From positions 512,001 through 576,000 of the forward strand of contig CAWHHI010000016.1 of the NCBI GenBank assembly GCA_963829055.1: 64,000 nucleotides of DNA. The letters are read 5' to 3'. The notes beneath the pieces were generated by a model. It did not search any database and was not told the origin of the DNA. It saw nothing but the letters and a program-made list of their open reading frames with translations. How positions within the stretch are numbered: the stretch's first letter is position 1; each line of letters opens with the position of its first letter. Both the position numbers and the translations under genes were made by a program. Below are positions 10,949 through 22,078 of this stretch, in pieces. This DNA is from an uncultured Gemmatimonadaceae bacterium (GTDB lineage: Bacteria; Gemmatimonadota; Gemmatimonadetes; Gemmatimonadales; Gemmatimonadaceae).

Positions 10949-12316
10949 ATGCCAATCGCCGCCGGCATCTTTCGCCAGTATGACATCCGCGGCGTCGTCG
11001 GCGACGATCTGACCGTCGATGCCGCGCACGCGATCGGTCGCGCGTTCGCCGCGTTTCTCGCGCACCACGGCGTGACGCGACCCGTCGCTGTTGGTCGCGA
11101 CAACAGGCCAAGCGGACGGGCACTCCGCGATTCGCTGGTCGATGGGCTGACGACGTCGGGTGTGGACGTCGTCGACATCGGCGTCGTTCCGACACCGCTT
11201 CTCTACTGGAGCCTCTCGCACCTCGACGTCGGCGCCGGCATCCAGATCACCGGGTCTCACAATCCACCCGAATACAACGGCTTCAAGATCTGCCTCGGCA
11301 CCGATTCGGTGCACGGTGAGGAGATCCAGACGCTGTACCGTCTCGCGTTAGGCTCGACATTCCCGAGCGGGAAGGGATCGGTGCGGCACGAGGCCGTCAT
11401 CGACCCCTACATCGCCGACATCGTCGAGCGCACGGGTCGCCTCACGCGACCGCCGCGCGTTGTCATCGATTGCGGGAACGGTGCCGGCGCACTCGTCGCA
11501 CCGCAACTCTTCGGCAAGCTGCTGCCTGACGCGAAGTGCCTGTACTGCGAGAGCGACGGCACGTTCCCGAACCATCACCCCGATCCCACCGTCGTCGAGA
11601 ATCTCCAGCCGCTGATCGATGAGGTGGTGCGAGGCGGCTACGACTTCGGCGTAGCGTTCGACGGCGACGCCGACCGCATCGGCGTGGTCGACGGCACGGG
11701 CCAGATCATTTGGGGCGACTACCTGTTGATCCTCTACGCGCGCGACGTGTTCGCGCGGACGGGCAGCGCGCAACCGATCATCTTCGACGTGAAGTGCTCG
11801 CAGGCACTGCCTGACGCGGTCGCGAAAGCCGGCGGGACGCCGGTCATGTGGAGGACAGGCCACTCGCTCATCAAAGGGAAGATGAAAGAGTTGGGTGCGC
11901 CGATCGCCGGCGAAATGTCCGGCCACATGTTTTTCAGCGAGTCGTTCTACGGCCACGACGATGCGCTGTACGCCGCGGCAAGACTGATGCGCATCGTGTC
12001 AGACTCGGACCGCACGCTCGAGGATCTGCTCGCTGACGTTCCGCGCTTCGTCTCGACGCCGGAGATCCGCGTCGATTGCCCGGATGACCAGAAGTTCGGC
12101 ATCGTGGCTGACGCCGTGAAGCACTTCTCGCGTGACCACGAGGTCATCGAAGTCGACGGAGCGCGCGTGTTGTTCGGCGATGGCTGGGGACTCATTCGTG
12201 CGTCGAACACGCAGCCCGTGCTCGTCGTTCGGTTCGAAGCCCGCTCGGCCGAGCGGCTCGCGGAAATTCAGGGCGAGATGGAAGGCTGGCTTCGCTCGCG
12301 CGGCGTCGCGCCCTGA
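10949..12316 (+). CDS. Phosphomannomutase/phosphoglucomutase (AlgC-like)
   Basis: IFRQYDIRG, TGSHNP phosphoserine motif, FDGDADR, GEMSGH, RASNTQP. Confidence 0.93.
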   Translation: MPIAAGIFRQYDIRGVVGDDLTVDAAHAIGRAFAAFLAHHGVTRPVAVGRDNRPSGRALRDSLVDGLTTSGVDVVDIGVVPTPLLYWSLSHLDVGAGIQITGSHNPPEYNGFKICLGTDSVHGEEIQTLYRLALGSTFPSGKGSVRHEAVIDPYIADIVERTGRLTRPPRVVIDCGNGAGALVAPQLFGKLLPDAKCLYCESDGTFPNHHPDPTVVENLQPLIDEVVRGGYDFGVAFDGDADRIGVVDGTGQIIWGDYLLILYARDVFARTGSAQPIIFDVKCSQALPDAVAKAGGTPVMWRTGHSLIKGKMKELGAPIAGEMSGHMFFSESFYGHDDALYAAARLMRIVSDSDRTLEDLLADVPRFVSTPEIRVDCPDDQKFGIVADAVKHFSRDHEVIEVDGARVLFGDGWGLIRASNTQPVLVVRFEARSAERLAEIQGEMEGWLRSRGVAP

Positions 12317-12317
12317 C

Positions 12318-14822
12318 GTGGGACCCCGGCGCTGGCTGATCGTCTCGGCGGTTTCCGTCGCGCTGTTTCTTCTCTTCGGGAAGGCGCTCGCCGGCGTCTA
12401 CGTCGACTATCGCTGGTTCGCCGCACTCGGCGCAGAATCGGTGTGGTGGGAGCGCGTCGAGAATCTGATGATCCTCCGCGGGCTCTCCGGACTGGTAGCC
12501 ACGGTCTTCTTCTTCCTGAACCTGTACGCCGTTAGGCACTCGGTCGTATCCCTCGTACTGCCGCGGCGCGTCGCTAACATCGAGATCGGTGAGGAGGTAC
12601 CGAGTCGGTATCTCCTGCTCGCGGTCATCGGCATGTCCGTGCTGTTCGGCGTGCTGCTCGCGTTTCCGCAGGACGACTGGACGTCGCTCGCGCTGGTCCG
12701 GTGGGGCCGGGCGTTCCGGGAAGCGGACCCGTACTTCGAATACGATCTCGGGTTCTGGACGTACTGGCTGCCGTTCGAGACGTCGTTGCACGTCTGGTCG
12801 CTCATTTCGCTGCTCGCGGCCACGACGGTGGTGGTGTTCCTCTACGCGTTGACGCCGAGCCTCAGGTGGGAGCGCGGCACGCTGCACGTGTCGGGCTACG
12901 TACGTCGCCACCTCTCCTTGTTAGGCGCGCTGCTCATCTTCCTGCTCGCCTGGAGCTACCGCCTCGACGGCCTCGGCCTCCTCATCACCGGCACGGGCCC
13001 CGCCGGCGCGTTCACGTCCGCCGATTGGAAGGTCGGCGTCCCCGCGAACTTCGTGCTCGCGTTCGTGACGGCAGCGGCGGCCGTGCTCGTGGGGTGGGCC
13101 GCGTGGACCGGCCAGATGCGCGTTGCCTTCGTCGCAGTGACGGTCGTGCTCGCGCTCTCGCTCGGGCTCCGACAGTTTCTGCCGCCGCTCGCGCAACGCC
13201 TCGCCGGACCCATAGACCCGGAGCTACGCGAGGCGGGATACCTCACCACCCGGGCGGGTTACACACGACGCGCCTACGCGGTGGATCGCGTCGTCGCTGG
13301 TGACAGTGCCGTATCGCGCATCGCACTGCCGTCGCTGCGAGAATCAGTGCAGTCCTTGTCCGAGTGGGATCCCGGCGCCATCAAACGCGCCATCGAGCGC
13401 AAGCGGCAGGGAATCGTCAGCGGCGCGATCGGCTGGGCGTCGGACAGCTCGCGGCTCGTCGCGGTTGCGGCGCAGCGCCCGACCGGCGCCGACGCCGTCG
13501 ATCCATTCACTCCGTGGACGGTGACGCGGTTGCGCGCATGGGCGGGTGACGATCGCGGCGGCATCACGAGCGTCAGCGGCGGTGGGGTAGAGGAAGGCGG
13601 TGCTATCCCAGCCGCGCTCGTGTACGACTCCGCGTCGGGCCCGCTGGTCGTTTCCGATCGCAACGGCGATGTCGACGCACCAGAGATCTCGCGCTGGCCG
13701 TCGCGACTCGCGCATGCGTGGGATCAGCAGAACATCCGGTTGATGTTCAGTGATGTGGACGTGCGAGAGCCGCGGATGATGTTGCATCGCGACGTGCACG
13801 ACCGGCTGCGAATGGTCGCACCGTTTTTCTGGCAATCGGCGCACCTAACGCCGATCGTCTTTCACGACTCGCTGTACTGGGCCGTGCACCTCTACTCGGC
13901 GTCCGATTACTACCCGCTCAGCGAGCACACGCGACTCGCCGGCGAGAACGTATCGTACCTTCGTCACGCGGCCACGGCGATCATCCAGGCGCATTCGGGT
14001 CACGTGACGCTGGTCGCGGATGCGGATTCCGTCCTCGATCCGATTGCCGCAACATGGGTGCGGCATTTCCCGGCGCTCTTCTCGACCTGGAGCGCCGTGC
14101 CCGCTTCCGTGGCCGCGAGCATTCCGCCACCGATCGAGAGCGCGGTCGCGCAGGCAGCGGCGTTTGCACGCATGGGCATGCGGGCAGAGCCATCTCCTGC
14201 CGCGCACCTGCCGGCATCGTTTGGCGGCGACACGTTGTTTGCTGGTGCGTGGCGTCCACTCCACCTCGCACCGCCTGACGCGCGCTTGTCATGGACAACG
14301 CCAGTGCTCGACGCCTCCGACCGGGTGTGGGGCCTCGTGGTGGCGGTCGGCGGGCCTCAGCCCGCGACGTACTGGTACTCGCTGAGCGAACCTCTGCTGC
14401 GTTGGCCGGCCGTGATCGAACGTCTGGCGCGTGTGCCGGAGACTCCCCCTCCGCCGCGCGACGTGCTCATGCGCCGGGGGCCCGTTCGCGTCGTTCCACT
14501 CCGCGGTGGGGCGGCGGTCTACATCCAGACGACGTACGCGTGGCGCTCGGACGCTGCACCGACGGTGGCGCGGGTGGCAATTCACGGAGCAGGCGCAACG
14601 CGGGATTCGGTCGCGTTCGGTGCTACGCTCGGTGACGCCGTCGGCGTCCGCCCCGAGCCACAGGACTCGAGCAGTGTCGCCCTCACGCCGGCCAATTTCC
14701 GCGTGCGCGTGAACGAGCTCTACACCACCATGCGCGACGCCCTCCGTCGCGGAGACTGGACCGCATTCGGTAAGGCGTACGAAGACCTTGGTCGAGTGCT
14801 TCGCGCGCCAGCGCCGAGATGA
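12318..14822 (+). CDS. UPF0182 family membrane protein
   Basis: N-terminal YVDYRWF, DPYFEYDLGFW..LPF, several TM helices, C-terminal ALRRGDWTAFGKAYEDL resembling UPF0182. Confidence 0.75.
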   Translation: MGPRRWLIVSAVSVALFLLFGKALAGVYVDYRWFAALGAESVWWERVENLMILRGLSGLVATVFFFLNLYAVRHSVVSLVLPRRVANIEIGEEVPSRYLLLAVIGMSVLFGVLLAFPQDDWTSLALVRWGRAFREADPYFEYDLGFWTYWLPFETSLHVWSLISLLAATTVVVFLYALTPSLRWERGTLHVSGYVRRHLSLLGALLIFLLAWSYRLDGLGLLITGTGPAGAFTSADWKVGVPANFVLAFVTAAAAVLVGWAAWTGQMRVAFVAVTVVLALSLGLRQFLPPLAQRLAGPIDPELREAGYLTTRAGYTRRAYAVDRVVAGDSAVSRIALPSLRESVQSLSEWDPGAIKRAIERKRQGIVSGAIGWASDSSRLVAVAAQRPTGADAVDPFTPWTVTRLRAWAGDDRGGITSVSGGGVEEGGAIPAALVYDSASGPLVVSDRNGDVDAPEISRWPSRLAHAWDQQNIRLMFSDVDVREPRMMLHRDVHDRLRMVAPFFWQSAHLTPIVFHDSLYWAVHLYSASDYYPLSEHTRLAGENVSYLRHAATAIIQAHSGHVTLVADADSVLDPIAATWVRHFPALFSTWSAVPASVAASIPPPIESAVAQAAAFARMGMRAEPSPAAHLPASFGGDTLFAGAWRPLHLAPPDARLSWTTPVLDASDRVWGLVVAVGGPQPATYWYSLSEPLLRWPAVIERLARVPETPPPPRDVLMRRGPVRVVPLRGGAAVYIQTTYAWRSDAAPTVARVAIHGAGATRDSVAFGATLGDAVGVRPEPQDSSSVALTPANFRVRVNELYTTMRDALRRGDWTAFGKAYEDLGRVLRAPAPR

Positions 14823-14943
14823 TGCGATGCACCCACCGAACGAGGCGCTCCGCGTGCGCCTTGCCCGTGTTTTCCGCCACCCATACCTTGCGCGCGCCAT
14901 GGCGATGCATGCCCGGCAGCGCTGACATTCACTCGGAGAGCAA

Positions 14944-16090
14944 GTGAACATCCACGAATACCAGGCGAAGGACATCCTGCGCGGTTACGGCGTTCCGATT
15001 CCGCCCGGTGATGTCGCGGCTACAGCCGACGAGGCCGAGCAGATCGCGCGGCGCATCGGGCGCACCGTCGTCGTGAAGGCGCAGGTGCATGCCGGCGGAC
15101 GCGGGAAAGCTGGCGGTGTGAAGCTCGCGAAAACGCCGGAAGAGGCGCGCGAGGTCGCCAGCCGCATCCTCGGCATGCAGATCAAGGGGCTGACGGTGCA
15201 GAAGGTGCTCGTCACCGACGCCGCCGATATCGCGAGCGAAGCCTATGTCGGCGTCATCCTCGACCGGGCGTCGAAAAAGCCGGTGTTCATGGTGAGTCCC
15301 GCGGGCGGTATCGACATCGAGGAAGTCGCCGCGAAGACTCCCGAGAAGATCATGCGGCTGCCCGATCGACACGCGATACGGGCTCATGCCGTTCCAGGCG
15401 ATGGAGCTCGGTTTCTTCCTGTATCCCGATGCGACCAAGGCGCGTGCGGCCTCGAAGATCATGAAGCAGCTGTACGATGCGTTCATGGCCACAGGGGCAT
15501 CGCTCGCCGAGATCAATCCGCTGGTCGTCACGCCCGCCGGCGATGTCATCGCGCTCGACGCGAAGATCTCCATCGATGACAACGAGCTGGATCGTCTGCC
15601 GAAGATCGCAGCGTTGCGCGATGAGTCCGCCGAGGAGCCGAGCGAGGTGCTGGCTCGTAAGGCGAACCTCACGTTCATCAAGCTCGATGGAAACGTCGGG
15701 TGCGTGGTGAACGGCGCGGGCCTCGCCATGGCGACGATGGACCTCGTCAAGTTCTACGGCGGCGAGCCGGCCAACTTCCTCGACATCGGCGGCTCGTCGA
15801 ATCCCGAGAAGGTCGTGAACGCGCTGCGCATCATCACTGCCGACCCTAACGTGAAAGCCATCCTGTTCAACATCTTCGGTGGCATCACGCGCACCGATGA
15901 CGTCGCGAACGGTATCGTCACGGCCACGAAGCAGAACCCACTCAAGGTGCCGATCGTGATCCGCCTAACGGGAACCAACGAGGAGATCGCGCTCAGGATT
16001 CTCACCGAGAACGGATTCTCGGCCATGACCGACATGGACGAAGCCGTGCAGCGCGCCGTGCAGCTGGCGACGGGAGGAAAGGCCGCGTGA
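14944..16090 (+). CDS. sucC: Succinyl-CoA synthetase beta subunit (frameshift near 15361)
   Basis: [23 protein letters not shown], then [11 protein letters not shown] and NFLDIGG in a second frame; one extra C restores LPIDTRYG. Confidence 0.94.
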
Positions 16091-16956
16091 GCGTCTTCAT
16101 CGACAAGAACACGACGGTCATCGTCCAGGGCATCACCGGACGCGACGGCTCGTTCCACACGCGCCAGATGATCGAGTACGGTACGCGCATCGTCGCCGGA
16201 GTGACGCCGGGCAAGGGCGGGCAGAAGTTCGACGACAGCGTGCCGATCTTCAACACGGTTGCCGAGGCGGCGAAGGCGACGGGCGCCAACACGTCGGTGA
16301 TCTACGTGCCGCCCATGTACGCCGCCGACGCGATGATGGAAGCGGCCGACGCCGGCGTGACGCTGATCGTGGCGATCACCGAAGGCGTGCCCGTGCTCGA
16401 CATGACGCGCGTGTATCCGTTCGTCAAAGAGCGCGGCGCGCGATTGCTCGGCCCGAACTGTCCGGGACTCATCTCACCGGGGAAATCGAAGGTCGGCATC
16501 ATCCCCGGTCGCATCTGCACACCCGGGCCCGTCGGCGTCGTCAGCCGCTCCGGCACGCTCACGTACGAGATCGTCTACCAGCTCACGCGCGCGGGCATCG
16601 GCCAGACGACGTGCGTTGGCATCGGCGGCGACCCGATCAACGGCACGAACTTCATCGATTGCCTCGCGGCGTTCGAGAAGGATCCAGAAACGAAAGCCGT
16701 CGCGATGATGGGTGAGATCGGCGGCACGGACGAGCAGGAAGCTGCGCGCTTCGTGAAGGAGCACATGACGAAGCCGGTCGTCGGCTTCATCGCCGGACAA
16801 ACAGCGCCGCCAGGGCGCCGCATGGGACACGCCGGCGCGATCATCTCAGGCTCCGCTGGCACGGCCGCCGAGAAGATCCAGGCATTCGAGGAAGCGGGCA
16901 TGGGCGTGGCCCGCCGACCGATAGATTTCGTGGAGCTGATCAAAGCCCGACTTTGA
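16087..16956 (+). CDS. sucD: Succinyl-CoA synthetase alpha subunit
   Basis: [27 protein letters not shown] phospho-His motif. Confidence 0.97.
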   Translation: MSVFIDKNTTVIVQGITGRDGSFHTRQMIEYGTRIVAGVTPGKGGQKFDDSVPIFNTVAEAAKATGANTSVIYVPPMYAADAMMEAADAGVTLIVAITEGVPVLDMTRVYPFVKERGARLLGPNCPGLISPGKSKVGIIPGRICTPGPVGVVSRSGTLTYEIVYQLTRAGIGQTTCVGIGGDPINGTNFIDCLAAFEKDPETKAVAMMGEIGGTDEQEAARFVKEHMTKPVVGFIAGQTAPPGRRMGHAGAIISGSAGTAAEKIQAFEEAGMGVARRPIDFVELIKARL

Positions 16957-17840
16957 AACTCTCGCATTTCATTCCCGCCAACCAGGTTGTCGTTCCGCTG
17001 CGCCATGACACGATCACGGGCGCAGCGGATGATCTGATCGAGCGGCTCGCGGCCGCCGGCGGCGTGCAGGACGTCGAGAAGCTGCGAACGCGCGTGGCTG
17101 AGGAGCGGCCGGAGGACATCGTCGCAATGGGCGACCGCGCGTTCCTGCTGCACTACCGGTCGGACGCGGTGACCGACCTTCGCGTCGTGCTGGGCACCGC
17201 GCGACAGCCGATCTGCCGGGAGCTCGGCGAGAACGAGCAGCAGTGCGCGCGCATCATGCTGCTGGTCGTCGCCCCGCGGAAGTTCGCGGCGGAATACCTG
17301 CAGCTCGTCGGCGCCTTCGCGCGCCTGTTGTCGAAGCAGCCTGTGGTCGATCAGCTGCTGGCGCAGCCCGATGCGCGGTCACTCGCGGCGCTCCCGGTCT
17401 TCCACGACTACGAGTTGCCCGCGCGTCTCACCGTGCGCGACATCATGACGGACCGACCCAAGACGATCGCCCCGGACACGGTACTCAAGGAAGCCGCCCG
17501 GGAAATGGTACGCCTCGGCGTGGGCGGCTTGCCGGTCGTCGATGGGGACGGGCTGGTTGTCGGCATGCTCGGCGAGCGCGAGTTGCTTCGCTCCCTGAGC
17601 GGTTATCTTCAGGGCGGCCGTGTGGACGGACCCCGGGCTCCGGGACTTCCAGCTGCACGTCCCACCGTCCGCGATGCCATGACCCGGCAGGTGCTCTGTG
17701 TGTCGCCGGACGAGGCCATCGCGGACGTCTCGTCGATGATGACCAACAAGGATGTCGACCGGGTTCCGGTGGTGCGCGATGGGCGCATCGTCGGCATGCT
17801 CACCCGCGGCGACATCGTTCGCAAACTTCTCGGGCACTGA
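16953..17840 (+). CDS. PTS EIIA-like domain fused to a CBS-domain pair
   Basis: N-half resembles PTS_EIIA_2 ([25 protein letters not shown]); C-half has two CBS repeats ([29 protein letters not shown]). Confidence 0.7.
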   Translation: MKLSHFIPANQVVVPLRHDTITGAADDLIERLAAAGGVQDVEKLRTRVAEERPEDIVAMGDRAFLLHYRSDAVTDLRVVLGTARQPICRELGENEQQCARIMLLVVAPRKFAAEYLQLVGAFARLLSKQPVVDQLLAQPDARSLAALPVFHDYELPARLTVRDIMTDRPKTIAPDTVLKEAAREMVRLGVGGLPVVDGDGLVVGMLGERELLRSLSGYLQGGRVDGPRAPGLPAARPTVRDAMTRQVLCVSPDEAIADVSSMMTNKDVDRVPVVRDGRIVGMLTRGDIVRKLLGH

Positions 17841-17880
17841 AGCACGCTCCGAATCACCCTTCCTGAACCAACTTCTCGAC

Positions 17881-18309
17881 ATGGCCGGCAATCGCACGCT
17901 CACGATCATCAAGCCCGACGCCTTCGGCTCCGGGAAAGCAGGGAAGGTCATCGCGCACCTCGAGGCAGGGGGCTTTCGCGTCGTCGCGGCTCGCGTCACC
18001 CATCTGAGCGAAGCGGAGGCGGGTGCGTTCTATGAGGTGCATCGCGAGCGGCCGTTCTTCCGCTCCCTCGTGACGTTCATGACGTCTGGCCCGTGCATGC
18101 CCATGGTGCTCGAGCGCGACGATGCGGTCGCGGCCCTGCGCTCGGCCATTGGCGCCACTGACCCCGCAGAGGCGGCTGCCGGCACGGTGCGGAAGCTGTT
18201 TGCAGAGTCGAAGGAGCGAAACGCGATTCACGCGTCGGATTCGGACGAGAACGCCACGCGCGAAGCTGGCTTCTTCTTTTCCGAGACAGAGGTGATTCGC
18301 GCGCGGTAA
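17881..18309 (+). CDS. ndk: Nucleoside diphosphate kinase
   Basis: RTLTIIKPDA, FMTSGP, NAIHASDS. Confidence 0.96.
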   Translation: MAGNRTLTIIKPDAFGSGKAGKVIAHLEAGGFRVVAARVTHLSEAEAGAFYEVHRERPFFRSLVTFMTSGPCMPMVLERDDAVAALRSAIGATDPAEAAAGTVRKLFAESKERNAIHASDSDENATREAGFFFSETEVIRAR

Positions 18310-18348
18310 CCGGATACCTCGGAGTCTAAGTCTCGTTGGCAGGCTGAC

Positions 18349-18377
18349 TTGATCCGGCCCCTTTGGGGCGGTAGATT
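18349..18377 (+). promoter_or_regulatory. Putative sigma70 promoter of the yceD-rpmF-plsX-fab operon
   Basis: TTGATC-17 bp-TAGATT ending 8 nt before the ATG at 18386. Confidence 0.55.
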
Positions 18378-18385
18378 GCTTGGCT

Positions 18386-18895
18386 ATGCTGTGCTTTGAC
18401 ATTCGTTCGCTCGTCACAAAAGCCGTGCAGGTTGACGGCTACCTGGCGGTCGACGACCCGGTATGGCAAGAGGAAGACACACGTCCCTCTTCGCCGGTGC
18501 ACGTCGTTGGTCGCCTGTCGTCCGCCGGGGCCGACCGGTACTACTTCAGCGGTCATTTCGAAGGCGAGATGGCTGGTGAATGCAGGCGATGCTTGACGGA
18601 CGTGACCGTTTCGGTGGCGGATGACGTGCACCTCTTGTTCGTTGAGGCTGATACCGAAGGCGCCGACGATCCGGACGTGTACGTGGTTGACCCACGCTCT
18701 ATCGAGTTGGATTTACGTCCTGCCTTGCGCGAGCAATGGCTGCTTGCCGTTCCGGCGTTCGTAGAGTGCCGGGAGGACTGCAAGGGACTCTGTCCAACGT
18801 GTGGTACTGATTTGAACGCCGGCGAGTGCAACTGCGCGCCGGCTACTGACAGCCGATGGGATGCGCTGCGGAAGGTCCGCGGACAGTCCAACTAA
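18386..18895 (+). CDS. yceD: DUF177/YceD family protein
   Basis: ECRRCL, CREDCKGLCPTCG..DSRWDAL; immediately upstream of rpmF. Confidence 0.9.
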   Translation: MLCFDIRSLVTKAVQVDGYLAVDDPVWQEEDTRPSSPVHVVGRLSSAGADRYYFSGHFEGEMAGECRRCLTDVTVSVADDVHLLFVEADTEGADDPDVYVVDPRSIELDLRPALREQWLLAVPAFVECREDCKGLCPTCGTDLNAGECNCAPATDSRWDALRKVRGQSN

Positions 18896-18925
18896 CGGCT
18901 CGACCTTTCGACGGAACTCAATTCC

Positions 18926-19108
18926 ATGGCCGTCCCAAAGCGCCGAACCTCCAAGCGGAAGAAGCGCGCCCGCAACACGCACAAGATCGCCCCCGCCATC
19001 GTCATCCAGCCATGTCCGCGCTGTCAGGCGATGCGTCGTCCGCACCACGTGTGCGGCGAATGCGGCTACTATGACGGGAAGCAGCGAGTAGCAGCTCGGG
19101 AAGCCTAG
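18926..19108 (+). CDS. rpmF: 50S ribosomal protein L32
   Basis: MAVPKRRTSK..CPRC..PHHVCGECGYY. Confidence 0.97.
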   Translation: MAVPKRRTSKRKKRARNTHKIAPAIVIQPCPRCQAMRRPHHVCGECGYYDGKQRVAAREA

Positions 19109-19110
19109 CC

Positions 19111-20142
19111 TTGGCGCGGATCGCGCTGGATGCGATGGGGGGTGATTTTGCCCCCGATGCGGCGATTGCCGGAGCGCTCCATGCCATCCTCGAGCTGCCC
19201 GCCGAGCACACGCTTCAACTCGTCGGACCCAGCGACGTCGTTCGTGAGCGTGTCTCAGCGCTGAGTATCGGTGACCTGGCGGGTGCTGCTGCACTCACAA
19301 ATCGCATCGAGCTCATCGAGGCACCGGACGTCATCGAGATGTCCGAAAAGCCCTCGGCGGCCATGCGCAGCAAACCGAACAGTTCCATGGTCGTCGGCCT
19401 CAGGCTGCAGACCGAGGGACGCTCAGACGCGTTCATCTCCGCCGGCAACACCGGCGCCCAGATGGCCGCGTCAACTGTGTTGCTCAAGCTTCACGCAGGT
19501 CTCACGCGTCCTGCGATTGCTACGCTGTTCCCCACGGCGCTCCAGCCCATCGTCGTGCTCGACTCAGGGGCCAACGTCGACTGCTCCCCGCAGGAGCTCG
19601 TGCAGTTCGCGCGGCTGGGGGCGGTGTACGCCGAAGACGTGCTCGGGCGCCACAACCCGATCGTCGGACTGCTCAGCATCGGGGAAGAATCCGAGAAGGG
19701 CAATGCGGCCGTGAAGGAAGCGAACCTCCTGCTGCGAACGGCGGGTGTCAACTTTCAAGGCAACATCGAAGGCCGTGATCTGCCCGCGGGTGCCAGCGAT
19801 CGCGGCCCGATCGACGTCGTCGTCTGCGACGGATTCGTGGGCAACGTGCTCCTCAAGTTCTACGAGGCCATCGCACCGATGATGATCGGGCTGCTCACGC
19901 GGCACGAAGCACTCGATCCCGCCGCGCTGAAGGCCACGCTCAAGCACCTCGACTATTCCGAGTACGGCGGTGCGCCGTTGCTCGGCGTACGGGGTGTCAG
20001 TGTGATCTCTCACGGGAAGTCGTCGCCACGCGCGATAAAGAACGCCATCAAGCTCGCCGCACGATCCGTCGAGTCTCGCATGAGCGAGCACATTGGTCGT
20101 CGGCTCGGCGAAACGAACGGCAACGCAGGCTCGGTAGCGTGA
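19111..20142 (+). CDS. plsX: Phosphate acyltransferase PlsX
   Basis: IALDAMGGDFAP, SAGNTGA, DGFVGNVLLK, GGAPLLGV. Confidence 0.96.
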   Translation: MARIALDAMGGDFAPDAAIAGALHAILELPAEHTLQLVGPSDVVRERVSALSIGDLAGAAALTNRIELIEAPDVIEMSEKPSAAMRSKPNSSMVVGLRLQTEGRSDAFISAGNTGAQMAASTVLLKLHAGLTRPAIATLFPTALQPIVVLDSGANVDCSPQELVQFARLGAVYAEDVLGRHNPIVGLLSIGEESEKGNAAVKEANLLLRTAGVNFQGNIEGRDLPAGASDRGPIDVVVCDGFVGNVLLKFYEAIAPMMIGLLTRHEALDPAALKATLKHLDYSEYGGAPLLGVRGVSVISHGKSSPRAIKNAIKLAARSVESRMSEHIGRRLGETNGNAGSVA

Positions 20143-21128
20143 AGCGACCCATTGCGTACCTCGCGGGGACTGGACGTGCGGCCCCGGCGAAGGTGGTCAC
20201 GAACAACGACTTCGCCGCGTTAGGCCTCGAAACGTCGCACGAGTGGATCGTCGAGCGCACCGGCATCAGTGAGCGCCGGATCGCTGGCCCCGGAGAATCG
20301 ACGTGCTCGCTCGCGGCCACAGCGGCACGCACCGCCATGCAGCGCGCGCGTGTGACTCCGGGCGAGCTCGACGTGATCGTGCTCAGCACCGCCACGCCCG
20401 ATCGCCTGCTGCCTGCCACGGCCGTCGATGTGCAGGCGGCGCTCGGGGCGACGCGTGCGGCCGCGTTCGATATCTCTGCGGCATGCTCCGGCTTCCTCTA
20501 CGGCCTGCAGGTCGCCGAAGGGTTGATGTCCGCCGGCTCGCACGAGACGGTGCTAGTCGTGAGCGCCGAGAAGATGAGCGCGATCGTCGACTGGACGGAC
20601 CGTTCCACGTGCGTGCTGTTCGGTGACGGTGCAGGCGCGGCTGTCCTGCAGCGGTCAGAAGACGGGAAGGGCATCCTGTCGTCCTTCGTTCGCAGCGACG
20701 GAACGCTCGCCGAGCTCCTCTATCGGCCGGGCGGCGGCGCACTGGTGCCGTTCACAGAAGACGTGTTGAAGGATCGCAGCCACTATGTGAAGATGGCGGG
20801 CCGCGAAGTGTTCAAGCACGCGGTGCGCTCGATGGCCGAAGCCGCCGACCGCGCGCTCGATGCGGCACGCCTAACGGGCAACGATATCGACGTCATGATC
20901 CCGCACCAGGCGAACGTGCGCATCATCGAGGCGACCGCGAAGCACGCGAATATTCCGATGGACAAGGTCTACGTGAACGTCGATCGCTACGGCAATACGT
21001 CATCGGCATCGATCCCGATCGCGCTGGATGAGGCGATCGAGTGCGGGCGCGTCAAGGAGGGATCGACTGTGTTGATGGTCGCCTTCGGCGCCGGGTTCAC
21101 TTGGGGCTCCACGATCGTTCGCTTCTAG
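20139..21128 (+). CDS. fabH: Beta-ketoacyl-ACP synthase III
   Basis: DISAACSGF, PHQANVRI, GNTSSASIP. Confidence 0.96.
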   Translation: MKRPIAYLAGTGRAAPAKVVTNNDFAALGLETSHEWIVERTGISERRIAGPGESTCSLAATAARTAMQRARVTPGELDVIVLSTATPDRLLPATAVDVQAALGATRAAAFDISAACSGFLYGLQVAEGLMSAGSHETVLVVSAEKMSAIVDWTDRSTCVLFGDGAGAAVLQRSEDGKGILSSFVRSDGTLAELLYRPGGGALVPFTEDVLKDRSHYVKMAGREVFKHAVRSMAEAADRALDAARLTGNDIDVMIPHQANVRIIEATAKHANIPMDKVYVNVDRYGNTSSASIPIALDEAIECGRVKEGSTVLMVAFGAGFTWGSTIVRF

Positions 21129-21139
21129 TCCGTCACGTC

Positions 21140-22078
21140 ATGAACGTCGTTCTGCTGTTCCCGGGACAGGGATCGCAGAAGCCGGGTATGGGCAAGGATC
21201 TCGTCGAGACGCTTGCGCCTGCACGCGACACATTCGCGGCGGTGAATCAGGCCCTCGGCGAGTCGCTGAGCACACTCTGCTTCGACGGCCCCGCGGACAC
21301 GCTGACACTGACGCACAACGCGCAGCCGGCGTTGCTCGCGCACGGCGCCGCCGTGTGGGCTGCCGTCCGTGATCGCGTCGGTCCCCATGTTCGTGCCGCA
21401 GCCGGCCATTCGCTTGGCGAGTTCACCGCCTACCATGCCGCCGACGCGCTGGAGCTCACGCGCGCGGCGAGGCTCGTTAGGCGCCGCGGGGAGCTCATGC
21501 TCGAGAGCGGCGTTGAGCGACCGGGGACCATGGCGGCCATTCTCGGTGACGTCGCCGGTGGCATCGAAGCCGTGTGTGCGCAGGCCAGCGCGGAAGGCGG
21601 CTGCGTGGTGCCCGCGAACTACAACTCGCCGGGGCAGGTCGTGATCTCCGGCGAGATCGCGGCCGTGGAACGCGCAATGGAGATGGCGAAGGCCGCCGGC
21701 GCGAAGCGCGCCATTCGCCTCAACGTGAGTGGAGCGTTTCACTCGCCGCTCATGGAGGTCGCGCGCGGCGGGCTCGAACGTGCGCTCGACGACGCGGCGC
21801 TTCGTGATCCGACGTTCCCGGTCTACGCGAACGTCACAGCGGAGCCTGTGCATACGGCGACCGATGCTCGCCGCCTCCTTCTCGAGCAACTCACCGCACC
21901 CGTCGCCTGGACGCGCGTCGTCGAGCGGCTCGCGGCTGACTATCCGGACGCGCTGTACGTCGAGATGGGTCCGGGCAACGTTCTCACCGGACTCGTGAAG
22001 AAGATCGCGCCGACGTTGCAGACGACCACCTGCGGCACCATGGCCGAGGTGGACCAGTTGCTGGCGAGGGTCGCTTGA
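21140..22078 (+). CDS. fabD: Malonyl-CoA:ACP transacylase
   Basis: FPGQGSQ, GHSLGE, VSGAFHS. Confidence 0.96.
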   Translation: MNVVLLFPGQGSQKPGMGKDLVETLAPARDTFAAVNQALGESLSTLCFDGPADTLTLTHNAQPALLAHGAAVWAAVRDRVGPHVRAAAGHSLGEFTAYHAADALELTRAARLVRRRGELMLESGVERPGTMAAILGDVAGGIEAVCAQASAEGGCVVPANYNSPGQVVISGEIAAVERAMEMAKAAGAKRAIRLNVSGAFHSPLMEVARGGLERALDDAALRDPTFPVYANVTAEPVHTATDARRLLLEQLTAPVAWTRVVERLAADYPDALYVEMGPGNVLTGLVKKIAPTLQTTTCGTMAEVDQLLARVA

